Source: Callorhinchus milii (lineage: Eukaryota). Taken from it: DNA of 64,000 bases. The stretch is taken from positions 44,208,001-44,272,000 of the forward strand of contig NW_024704743.1 in assembly GCF_018977255.1 (NCBI RefSeq), read 5' to 3'. Below, piece after piece: positions 24,612 to 37,200 of the stretch. The position numbers were made by a program, and so were the translations under genes. The notes below the pieces were generated by a model. The model saw only the letters and a program-made list of their open reading frames with translations, was not told the origin of the DNA and ran no database searches. How positions within the stretch are numbered: position 1 is the stretch's first letter; every line of letters starts with the position of its first letter.

Positions 24612-25954
24612 ATGGAGCGGGTGCTGTACAAATAGACCAACTACCTAGGTGGCTGGCAGCCACATACTTTGTGCTGGACGGCAGCATATTCTCGTACCAT
24701 GACTCGCAGGAAGATGCTGCAAAGGGAGTAAAGGCAGCATCAAATGTGCACTGTGTGAAATAAAAGGTCACGTAGCAGACAACACCCGCGTTGACCTAGT
24801 CATCCCAGGGAAGCAATACTTCTACCTCAATGCTGTGAACGCTAATGCTGCAGAAAGGCAAAAATAGTTGGTGGCACAGGGCAGTGGCAAAACCTGCCTG
24901 GCAGACATCAGGACCAAAAAAGGAGAGAGTTATCAGTGAGAACAACGATTCCTTGACATGGAAAATGTCTGAACGCCGACTCTATTGCAATTTGCTGATG
25001 CAGCAGGAATACTAGATCCAGGAGTCTGCACAGCCTGACCAATGTGGTTCCACTCCTGATATGGAGAAAATGATCAAGGCTTCTTCTTTGCTTAAAGCCA
25101 CATGCAATACCTTTATAAAGACACTAGAGGACTGATAAAGATAGCAAGTGGCCTAATATCTCCAAAATTTCTCTCATCCCCGGAGTTGTCCATGTTGCCT
25201 CCACTCCTCTTTCCAGGATTAAACATTCTGTTAATCATACTGGTGTTACATCTGACAGGAACGCAGAATTAAACCAGGACCAGAAGGGTTCGGTCACAGT
25301 CATGAGAAATCTGGAGGAGATGGCCACACACTGAGCAACCAGGTGGATAAGACAGGCGGCAGAAAGCAAGAGGACAGACAGCAGTCATTAGACTGAGCCA
25401 GCATATTCAATGCAGACTCCCCAGAAGGTTAAAGACCAGTCTGCGGGCAGTGTCAACTGTGAATAGAGAATCGCAGGGAAATTGCCCACGCCTCCCTGGG
25501 AAGAAGAAACCAATTGGACATGATTTTTGTTTTATGTTGAGGGAAGATATTGACAACATGAAGAAAACCCATTCTTAGCTGCCATCAGAAAATTACCAGA
25601 ATTGCACAATAAAATTCAAGATTGGAAATCTACAGACACAGTAGGAGATTTCGGTGACCTGACTCATTAATCTTGGTGTTCAAAGCCTCCACTAACTTGC
25701 TCATGGTGAGTAATGAATTTTACAGGCGTTATTTAAGTGTTTTTTTATAAAACGCCAATGTATAGCTGAAATTCCAGTTTAGATATTGTACTCCCTTATT
25801 TCCAAGCTTATCCGACAATTTTACGTGGGGAAGGGAAACTTCAGCCCATGCTAATTGATGATTTCTCCATCCTGAGGTAAACAAAACTGACATTTCTTCA
25901 CTCCTCCACCTTCCATGCACACTCTCAAAGAAATAAAACTCTGCCAAGAAAAAA
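24612..25954 (+). pseudogene. PLEKHA3: Processed pseudogene of a FAPP-family PH-domain gene (PLEKHA3/FAPP1-like, no GLTP domain seen)
   Basis: Manual translation across frameshifts: [130 protein letters not shown]...ASSLLKATCNTFIKTLED/KIA. This matches the FAPP N-terminus (MEGVLYKWTNY...KMSELRLYCDLL...ATCNTF) as recalled. Stops at 24633, 24865 and 25013; no introns. The 3' end is tentative (AATAAA 25932-25937, A-run 25946-25954). The paralogue assignment is uncertain. Confidence 0.9.
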
Positions 25955-25956
25955 GT

Positions 25957-26280
25957 GAATCCTGTGGCGTATTGGTTGGAGTACTTGCCTCACAAGCGAG
26001 AGAATTCATTTTTGATTCCCGGGCAGGGAAAAACCTTATGCACGTCTCCTTCCTACACACTGTAGTAGTAGTAGTACATTGTAAACCGGTTGTTAGTCAA
26101 TTGGTGGTTCGCTTTCCAGGGGTAATAATCCCTTAAAAAAAATTGGTCACTCAATCCCCATCTATTTTTGGACACTGTTGTGCAAAATTGGCTGCCGCCC
26201 ACAAAATATACAGTCAATTTACTTTAAGTGCTTTGAGAAGTCTCAACAACGTGATAAGACACTATTTCAAATTACTATTG
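25957..26280 (+). mobile_element. tRNA-derived composite SINE directly downstream of the pseudogene
   Basis: GAATCCTGTGGCGTATTGGTTGGAGTACTTGCCTCACAAGCGAGAG...GATTCCCGGGCAGGG head with the family body and tail. Confidence 0.82.
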
Positions 26281-28674
26281 TATTTAGGAATCAGTGGTCT
26301 ACAAAGGAAACCTCTTCTTCTGACACTAAGTTTATTTGAAATATGCATGCTAATCTGTGCTTCTCTAAAATGAGAAAGTGAAGTACTGTACTATACTGGA
26401 TACTGGTTGGTATAAAATCTTAACCACCACGAATGGTCATGGACTGCAGAGTAAAATGAAAACTTTCTACAGTTCAACACTTGCTATATGTTGACGAGAA
26501 ATCTTACCAATGTGTAAAATCCATATTAAAGGATTTCTCCAGTATAATATGTGGACCTGAATTCTTAGAATGTTACAAAATTAAACTGGGCTGTTAATAT
26601 AGATTTAAGCAGTATATCAATACTGAAAGAAAGGATATTAAATGAAGAATTGAGAACACTTCTGACTAACGCTAATTTACTAAGTATCGTATTAAATATA
26701 TTTATCATTTTCCTCTCTGCCTCCTGATTTGCCTCAATATCCCTTAACTAAATACAGAGCAATCTTTCTATGGTGTGGTTCACTTCTGATGTGGACTGGT
26801 TGGTTTCTGCCCACAGGATGAAAGCTGATCAGTGTGTTTTGTGAAAGAGGTCATAGCTGACTGGTGGGATTGCTGCTCACATGCACAAGAAGCTAGGCCT
26901 CATCAAAAGCTGTAGGTGGTGACCTGATGACTCAAAAAGGTGACAGGGAGCCAATATTTTTGCAGACCTGTTAAACCATGTGTAATTCTATGGCCCCAAA
27001 CACCACATTATAACAGGATGACTTGAAAAGTTGCTCTTGATCATATACAAAGGGCTATTAATATAGCCCCTTCCTGTTTAATGCTTAATGAGATGCACCT
27101 TCTGGACTAGAATGATATCTGGGTAATTAATGGTATTGGCCTCTAAGCAGGAGAATTTTAATCCACCAGTATTCTACAAGAGATTTGCAATTTTTTATGA
27201 ATTCAGGTATAATTCGACCAGAACCAAAGTGATACAAAAATATTTTCCCTGCTAGAAACAAATTGCCCACTGAAATTTTTAGATATGAGTTTTTTAGACA
27301 CTGGAATAAAAACATGAGCAAAACCAAAAATTACATAAATTGTTTTATAAAAACCACCATTTAAATAAATACTGATGAGCTGCAGTCACTGGAGCACACA
27401 GCGTATTTGAAAGTGGAACATGTTAGCCTAAGTGACTAATGAAGCCAAGTCAATTATGACATTTAAAGTGGATGGCTCCAGTGAGAGCTTGTGTGGCATA
27501 GATATCATGATTTGAATAGTCTACTTCTGTCCTGAAATTTCTTTGTTTATATAACATAAGAGGATTTCAATACACAAACAAAAATATTCTCATCCTAACA
27601 CCAGGTTAATCAGTCTATGAAAAATCAAAAAAAAACCCCATTCAATGCTACTATAGCACCTCTCTTATTCCCAAACTATCTAGGGTACCCTGTAGAGATA
27701 ACTGTTCAATTTACGTCCACAAATGCCATCAGTCAGAATAAGTAAGCCCAAATACATGCAAAAGATCAATAAAAAAAATCTTGCATATTGAAAATTCCAT
27801 AGCACAATTCGAAAAAAGAAAGGAATTTCTCCCAGTGTCCTAACCAACAACCCCCCAGATAAAACCCTACTGTCCAGCTGCTCCTTCTGTTCAGCAAACA
27901 CTGGTCTGATTTATGTTCCCCACCCAATCTGTGCCACCAGCATTGGACAAGCTTTCAGCCATTCTGTCCCCAGTCTCTCCTGAGAGAGAACACCTTCCTG
28001 GAGTACCTCTGCCTCTCCCACCTTGAAGCCTCATATAAGACTTAGCTTCTTCCCAATGTAAATACCATTTACAATGTAACAGGGATCTATCTACTGTAAT
28101 TTACTGGGGTGAGGGGCAGGGCTTGCCTCATTTGTTTTGGTGACAACCTGTAAAATAGTGCCTTTTCTCTAACACAGATCTGTTGTCTTCACCTCCCGTC
28201 CTGGTAGTTTCACAAGCTGACAAGACAAAAGTTCAGCTTGTTTCATTTACCCATACACCACTGCAATTTCTTTCTCGCGACCCTTGTATTTGATAATCTG
28301 ACTAAGCTTTAGCCGTATATCCGGTTATCTGTGGGATCTTATAAAAGTATACAGTATCTGTTTGGCCTGTTTCCTACAGAACTTAATAATGAGAAACAAT
28401 GATAACAGTATTTTATATTGTGTTTATTATTGAAAATAACACTGACACTATACTCGATCAAAATTCTCTTTTTTTCGATTAGCTTGTTGACTAACATAAT
28501 AGCAGTTTTCATAACTGACAATGATCTCATTATCTCAAGATTATCTCATTATCTCTTGTGTCCAATTTGCATTATTTGCATTTGACACAATGTAAAGCTC
28601 ACCACACATTTAACAAAAACAACAACTTGCATTTATATAGCGGCCTTCAAGTGAGGTAGAGCCTGACAGTGGCG

Positions 28675-28704
28675 NNNNNNNNNNNNNNNNNNNNNNNNNN
28701 NNNN
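28675..28704. other. Assembly gap (30 N)
   Basis: Run of N directly between the two duplicate copies. Confidence 1.
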
Positions 28705-31700
28705 AAACCATATCAACTTTGCTCACAATTTTGACCTGTCAAGGTCTGTGGGCGTTCTGCCTTACGTGCGTATACAAAACTATTTATTATTTTCAGTTAT
28801 ATCTAATAAATTAGAGAAATCAAATGATCAGAGAACACCAAAGTATTCTATTAGTGAGGTCTTGTACCTGTGGTTTCCATTTTTCCATTCTTCTGCTCAA
28901 TTCTTGGATGATATAATTACAAAAGCACAAGAAAATATTGAAAACATTTCTTCCTTTTATTTTGTTTGATGTTACACTGAAACGAATATTGAATTGTGTG
29001 ACTTTACCAAGGGGGAACAAAAATGTTAGTTTATACGATAGTGCTTTCTGTTTTTTTCCTTCATCACATATTTGTAATAAAAATCCCTGCATTTGATATA
29101 CCACCTTTAATATTGGCAACCTCTCAAATTACTTCAAACAATTTCTGTGAACTGTAGTGACCGTATATTTGTAGGAGAATATGGGCAGACAATTTCCACG
29201 TGGCAATATCCCACAAGCAGTCATGAAGTGAATGACCAGTTTATCTGGAAGATTATTAGGCAGAACACCAAGAGAAACTCTCTTCTCTTTTGGATTAACA
29301 TTATGGGATCTTTAATGGCTACCTGAATAAATAGACTGGTCCTTGGTTTAACATATCATTCTAAGGATGGGAAGTAACTGAGCTGCATTACTCATGTGTA
29401 AAATTGTAAAGGGACCACAAGCTATCCATGGCCTAAACTATGAACTCAAAAGTCACATTGTGGGACTTGATCCCACAGCTTTCTGGACTGGAGGCAAGAG
29501 TGCACACCTGCTGTATTTATAGCACTTTGCCACAGTATCTATAAATCATCAGTGTGTTTTCTACAATTTTGTCATTTTAAAAGTCACTTTCATTAATATT
29601 GAAGATAGGTGCAGAACAATCATTGGAACTGCTGGACTTAAGTCAAATAAATCATTGGGGAAAACTGTAGTGTTGAATCCCTAATGATTCATTGTGAAAT
29701 AATTGCCATCACTGAACTTTATATGCTAGGATGAAGCATTTGACTCCTGCCTTAAGGCTGATGTTGAGTCTGACCATATCATATCTGACATTATCTGATT
29801 GATTAACTCAAATCCAGCCACCGCCTGTCCCTTGCATTACAAGGTTGCTGATATAATTCAAAGTACAGTATTTTTAAAGTTAAGTTTATTTCCTACCATA
29901 ATGATTAGGTAATCTAACATTTTAATGCATTTTAATTGCATCATCAATTCTTCATTTTCTGATGATCTTAAAATTCTGGTGTCCACCAATACCTAACACC
30001 ACCTACTTAATCCCAGTCCTCATGTGAAGGGGGATTTGGCAAATAGACATGCCTGTCATAAAACTGCCTCTACCTCCAGGATACTCCACAACAGCTCTGT
30101 GTAGGCTGGTTCCCTCACTCCCTCGCTCACTGCAGCCACGAGCATAAATACATTGGGACTTTGCTATCACTGAAAAGAGGTAGGAATGACCAGAGTGCCC
30201 ATTCTTCCCCTTGTTGGTGTGATCCAGAAGGACAGTGTCCAAGCAAAAGTTAGTGTCCACCACATTTCCAGCTATTGATAAAAACCAGCAATTGAAGCAA
30301 CAATTATTTACATTTATATTGCGCCTTTCACATTTTCCCATCTTCCAATCATTACCTACAGTACCTGTAATGTCTCAAAGAGCTTCACAGAGAAGCACAG
30401 TGACTGTACATTTGTAGGCCAACAAGGCACTTTCTGGAATCAGTTAAGCAGGGTGCATGCCTCCAGGGAGTGTGTGTACATTACATTCTAAGTAAGATAT
30501 CTTGGAATGTCTCAAAACACTTCACACAACAGGCCGAGCTGGATTGACAAGATAATAATCCTTGCATTCTGTATAGCACCTTTCATGCCAGGAGGACATT
30601 GCAAAGAATTTCACGGGATTTACTGTGCAGTGATTGTTTATGTTATAAGTGAATGATGGGTCTTAAGGTGGGTCTTTGATGGCGGAGTGTGAGGGGACAA
30701 GGTGGAGGGACTCCAGAATGGAATTCCAGAGAGCAAGGGCAATATGGCTGAAGGTTCACCTAGTAATGGAGGGCTAGAGTGGGGACTTGAAGCAAGCCAT
30801 TGTTTGCTGAGCAGAAGGAGCATCCAGGGCTGGAGGGTTGCATGCAGTTGCAGAGATGGGTTGAGGCAATGAAGGCATTTGAACACGAGGAAAGAATCTT
30901 GAAATTGATCTGCTGGGGGATGGAGAGCCAGTGGAACCAAGAGAGGATAGGGGTGAAGGGAACATGGAGCCTGAAATGGGAGAGCACACAGGATACAGAA
31001 TTTTGGATGGTCTGCAGCTTGCATAGGGAGAAGCTGGGGAGAAGAATGTTGGAATAATTGAGCCTGGAGATGAACAACTTGTGGATGTGGCCCTCAGCAG
31101 ATTGGAGAGAGAGGTAGTGGTGGAGCCAGGCGATATTGCAGAGGTGAGGGAAAGCAACTGATAGCCCAGATGTAGGGCTTTAAAGATAGGTGGAGGTTGA
31201 ACAAAAAACTGAGATTTCACATTGGAAGCGAGAGATGTAATGAACATCTGTGCAGGCTGATGTGGTCAGAGCCCCAGGTACAGTTGCCCGTCTTCCAATC
31301 AATACCTTCAAGGTTTCCCCTCAAGCCTTGCAGAGCCACAATATCTCACTTGGAATTGAATCTTCACACACTTCCTGGAGGGATGCACCCTGCTTACCTA
31401 ATTCCAGAAAGTACAGTAAATGAAAATCGCCTGCCGGGTTGGCCTATAATTGGACAGTGACTACATTTGTTGGCAATTCTCTGTGAAGCATTTTGAGACA
31501 TGATTGACCCTATACCAAATATACCAAATGCAAAGATTATTATTGTAATATTAATTTGATACTATGAACATTACAGAAGAACGTTTTGCTCAGGAACTGG
31601 ATTACGTCACAGAGGGTTGACTTGATTTTGACATTCCATTACCAAGATTGTCATCTTGGAGAAGATTTTGCCCCAGGGAGACCCTGCTTCCTTCATTCCT

Positions 31701-32470
31701 TCCCTCCTCCCAAAAGTTTCCTCTCCTTCAGTTGAGTTTACAAATGAAAATCAATCTTAAATAAAAACAGGAATGATGGAAATTGACAGTAGGTTAATCA
31801 TAAAAAAAGTACATAGCCAAAGGTTCATAACAACATATCAAGCTTTACTTGTAATCGTGTTAGTCTGGGACTGGTCCCAGGTTATTCAGCTCCTTGGCTA
31901 ATTTTCCACTTTCATTTAACAAAGTATAGCAACATGAAAAATGTGTTATGTATAGGCAGAAGACTGCTTTCATGTAGTGCTTTTCATATGAAAGAAAATC
32001 TTAAATGCACATCAATCACAAAGTGAAAAGAATTTAGGGGTGATCAAGCCACAGTTGAAAATACAGATGTTATGAGGTTTTTGAAAGAAGCGAGAGATGG
32101 CAAGACAAAGTGACTTTGGAAGAGAATTCCAGAGGACATGTTAGCAGTGATTTTATGACCAGACACTAAAAGTATGCTGTCCAACATCTAACACAGATGC
32201 TGCCCATATGAAGGGTGTTATATAAATACAAGTTGTTGCTTTTATTGCAAAATATTTGAGATCCAGGATTTTGTTATTAGCAAGGCACAGGTTCTAGATA
32301 GGCTCAAGATGCTGCAAACCAATAAATCCCCTGGAATTGTTGAACTGTACTCCAGGGTAATTAAAGATGCAAAAAAATTGTGAAACACTGATAAATATTT
32401 TGAGGAAGTTAATCAGCAAGCAGGATGTTCTGATATGCTGGAAACGAGCAAAAGTGGTTTTTGACCAGAC

Positions 32471-34240
32471 AGTCAACACGGATTTGTTAAAGGCAGATCA
32501 TGTCTGACAAACCTAATAGAATTTTTTGATGAAGTGACTCAGAGGGTAGATGAAGATAATGCAGTAGACATAGTTTATCTAGATTTTTAAAAGGCATTTG
32601 ACAAAGTGCCACATAAGAGACTTATAAACAAAATAGCAGCCCACGGTATTAAAGGGACTATGACAACATGGATCCCGAACTGGAAAGGAGACAGAAAGCA
32701 GAGAGTGGTACCAAACGGTTGCTTTGCTGACTGAAGGGAGGTGTGTAGTAGTGTCCCTCAGGGGTCGGTACTGGGACCACTGCTCTTTCTGATCTATATT
32801 AATGATCTAGACCTGGATATAGGGAGCACAATTTCCAAATTTGCAGACAATGCTAAGCTAGGAAAAGTAGTTAATGGTGAGGAAGATAGCACCAGACTAC
32901 AAGAGGACTTAGACAGATAGATAAAATGGGCAGAAACATGGCAAATGAGATTTAATGTGGAGAAATGAAAAGCGTTGCATTTTGGTAGGACGAATGAGGA
33001 GAGGCCGTATAAGCTAGATGGTACAATCTTAACAACAACAACAACAACAAGATTCCATTTATAAAGCGCCTTTCACGTCAGGAGGACGTCCCAAGGCACT
33101 GCACAGTTGGGTCATGACCCGAGCAGGGGGGAAATGGTCAGGGTGAGGGGAGGGAAGGGAGGGAGCGAGGAGGGGGAAATGGTCAGGGTGAGGGGAGGGA
33201 AGGGAGGGAGCGAGGAGGGGGAAGAGAGTCGAGAGGGGAGCTGAAGGCACGGTCAAAGAGAAAGGTTTTGAGACCGGCCTTGAAGGAGGAAAGGGAAGAA
33301 GCAAGGCGAAGGCACTGGGGGATGGAGTTCCAGAGCCTGGGGGCTGAGAGGCTGAAGGCCCGACCACCGATGGTTGGGGCGGGGGACGTGGAGCAGACCG
33401 GAGCCAGAGGAACGGAGGGTACGGGCAGGTAGGTAGGGGATAGTAGGTTGGAGAGGTAGGAGGGAGCGAGGCCGTGAATGGCCTTGTAGGTGAGGATGAG
33501 GATCTTGAAATCAAGGGGCAAATGAACAGAGAGACCTGGGGGTCCACATAAGCAAATCTCTGAAGGTGGCAGGACAGGTAGATATAGCTATTAAAAAAGC
33601 ATATGGGATACCAGGTTTTATATATAGGGGCATAGAATTCAAAAGTCAGGAGGTTATGTTGAATATTTATAAAATGCTGGTTAGGCCTCAGTTGGAGTAC
33701 TGCGTTCAGTTCTGGGCGCCGCACTTTAGGAAAGATATTAGGGCATTAGAGAGGGTGCAAAGGAGGTTAACCAGGATGGTACCAGGAATGAAGGACCTTA
33801 GTTATGAGGCGAGGTTAGCGAAACTAGATTTATTGTCCCTAGAGCAGAGAAGATTAAGAGGGGATTTAATAGAGGTTTTCAAGATCATGAGAGGATTTGA
33901 TAGGTTGAACCAGGAAAAACTATTTCCACTGGCATGTGGGTCAGTAACCCGAGGACACTGATTTAAGATAGTTGTTAAAAGAAACAGAGGGGAGGTTAGG
34001 AAAAATGTTTCACCCAGCAAGTTGTTCGGATCTGGAATGAATTACCTGAAAGGGTAATGGAAGCCGATTCAATGACAACTTTTAAGAGGGAAGTAGATGG
34101 GTATTTGGGGAGGACAGGATTGCAGGGGTATGGAGAGAAAGTGGGCCAGGGGGATTGAATTGGATTGCTCTTTTAGGAGTCGGTGCAGACGAGATGAGCT
34201 GAATGGCCTCTTTCTGTGCTCTATGATTCTATGATTCTAT
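32471..34240 (+). mobile_element. CR1 LINE (copy B) with nested L2 at 33033-33512
   Basis: Duplicate of 7717-9488; ORF 33566-33961 is identical in protein to 8813-9208. Confidence 0.95.
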
Positions 34241-37200
34241 AAAATGATTCTGACTTAATTGCTGCAAATCCATTGAGACATATTCAACATTTGGCTTGCC
34301 CAGAACAAACAGTTCTGGGCAATATGTTATATGAAAAATGTATTTGTGAATTGTGAAATATAAACCATTGAATAAACCCATATGTTCTCAATAGAAACTA
34401 GACTGAATTCTGAAAATCCATTAATAGTGAATATTTCAGTCTTTGTAATGCAATTTGTCGAATGGAAGAAAAGCAGTACTTTAAAAGAACCAGACCAAAA
34501 TATAGCCAAAGCCCAAAAAACATTGTCTTTGACTAAAAGGTTAAGCTCTGGTGCATAAAATAATTTTATTATCCTTTTTTAAGATCAGGCATAAAGTGTC
34601 AGCCTTTGTTGGTTTTATAGTAGCATAAAAGTGTTTTATAACTGAATAAAAATAGAGTAAATTTCAGTAAAACTGTACTTCCAGCCGGTTAATGAATCTT
34701 ACTGGACAAATAATTGTTTTAGAAATAGGACAAAATAATCGTAGAAAGGAACCTTCAAACTGAAAAGATATTATGACTGGAATATCCCAAGGTTAATTAT
34801 TTGGACCTGTACTGCTTGTAAAATATAATGCTTGTAAGGATAGGGAACCATATGCAAAATGTAAATTTTCAGATGATGTTAAAAAAAGGAAGGCAAAGCA
34901 AATAATGAGAAAGAATGCAAGCTGATTCAAAAGGATTTGTAATTTTTAGGTAACTGGGTCAATAGGTGACCGAAGGGCTCGATGTGAATAACTGTAAGAT
35001 AATTACTGTGGGAGTAAGGAACGAAGGAAGGGAATTATGTAGTCAAATGGAGAAATGTATGAAACTGTCAGCCCAGAGCTTAGCTGCAGTGAGAAAAGTA
35101 TTAAATTAGCAGAGATAGTAATGTACAGACCAAATCATTGGAAAGATACTAGCCTTGTGAAACTGCTGAGACACCGCAACCAAGTTTATTCAGGCTATTG
35201 GGAATTTATGTTTTGAGGAAGTTGAGTTCATTTTATTCAGGTGACCTAATTAAATGTTTCACAATTATGAAGGGGATTGACAAAGTTGATGCCAACAAAT
35301 TATTTACTGCAGCACTATAGCTAAAGATAAAAGCACTAGGAGAAAAAACATTCAGAAATAACTGAAGTCAAGCAAAATGCTTTTGTAAGAAAAGTAAGAT
35401 TTGTAGATTCAAGAGATAAATAAAAAAGACGTCAGAAAAGAAGGGATTATATGGTTGAAAAAGTATTTAGATGGTCAAAAATGGCTGTGATATAAACTTT
35501 TTTTTAGGTAAACACCTCATTGTTCTGAGTTGTGAGACCTCAAATAATAATAATAATAATAATAATAATAGCAATCTTGCATTTCATATAGCGCCTTATC
35601 ACATCTTCAAGACCTGTATATTTTGTGGGCGGAAACGCGGCAGCCAATTGCGTACAGCAGTGTCCCACAAACAGTCGTGGATTGAGTGAAGGAATGATTG
35701 CCCCCGGAAAAGTAATCCACTAATCCTACTTACTGCTAGGTAAACAGAGGTGTGTGAAGTAAGGAACTTGGCCAGTTTTCGCCCTGACGGCAATCAAACC
35801 CAGGTCTCTCACTTGCGAGGCATGTGCTCTAGCCGCTGAGCTACAGGATTCCACGCCAGGAATCCATGGAAATCCAAGGATGGAAGCAGAAGTCTTGCGA
35901 ATCAGGTGTGCGACACATGCAGAAAGCCATCATTACATTTAACAGTATCAAAACCAGACTGAGAGTTCCACGATTGCATGGAAATTTCCCTTTGTCTGGT
36001 ATAAAATGCACATTCCCCCCTCCACTCCAGAAGGGACTCATTTATCTTTATCTGTTTTCGGAAAATAGTAGACACAGGCTGACAAGAAACAAGGTTTAGG
36101 GAACCAGAATGTGTGTTGGGGTACTGCTGGGAGATGAATAACTAAAAGAGCAGGTTTGCCATTGTGAGTACTGTCTGCAAGCTTCCCACTGCTCGTCCAG
36201 CGAGGACCACCCTACTGTTAGGACTTTGACTTCCTGAGCTAAAAGGAACCGAGTGGGAAGAATCCCTCCCCTCAGTTTGTCCTTCCATATCCTGCTGATG
36301 AACCAGGCTTACTTGTCTGTTTCAGCAGTGTCTTGCAGTAGAGTGGATCTGCCTCTCCAGGAACGAGACAACCGAGATTGCCACATAGGTTTGATTCAAT
36401 TCTGACACTCATGTCACCTTGGTGCCAGCTCTGCCCCGAATAGAACCCAATTACCTCCACCCTCCCCCCCCCCCACCCCCCCCACACACACACAATGGGT
36501 TGACTCTGAGACGTCTGAAAGCGCTTCACAGAATATACTGTAAAGTGAATTGACTGTATATTTTGTGGGCAAAACGCGGCAGCCAATTGTGCACAGCAGT
36601 GTCTTACTGGAAGTCTTACTGAATTAATAGAATCTTGATGTAAAACACATTTTGCCTATGTTGTGCTTTTGGTTCCTTTTTTAATATTTTAGTTATTCTA
36701 TGCAATACCTACAATAAAGTACAGTGCACAGCATTAATTTTCAGGTTCATTAAAAATGTTCAAATTACTATTTTCAGTTTTGCAGTATGGCTGATATCTT
36801 TGGAGTCTGCTGGGTTTAGAATTATATTAGGTCTAGGTACAGTATGTTCTGAGCCTTATGTTATGTGTTAAAAGGTATTCATGTGAGGCTCATAAGAACA
36901 ATATTAAAATAAGGCTAATTACTCAGTAATGTACTCTATCTTTTCTCATATCAAGCACTGAGATATTTCAGATATTTTAAATATTCCACTGTCAAGTAAG
37001 TGTTCTTTCAAATACTGATCTTATGTATTGCTCTGTGGATAGAAATTAGATCAACCTTAGCCATTAAATTGCTCCAGCTTTTTCATGTAGATTTCAGTAA
37101 TTGGATACCATTTTTCTAAGTCATTGTGGAATAATTTAGACAAAAAGTGAGGTAGTGAATCTAGGCCAGAACCAGAAATGTATTTAATTATCATGATATT

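Larger units (their letters stand above)
3938..28674 (+). repeat. Copy A of a ~24.7 kb direct duplication
   Basis: Begins AAAACTATTTATTATTTTCAG at 3938 and ends ...CCTGACAGTGGCG at 28674. It is near-identical to 28776-53432, and ORF-track proteins recur at an offset of ~24,750 (e.g. 5249/30003, 8813/33566, 24574/49337). Confidence 0.98.

Noticed and set aside
24574..24771. Minus-strand 65-aa ORF
   Set aside because: Antisense shadow of the PLEKHA3-like pseudogene.
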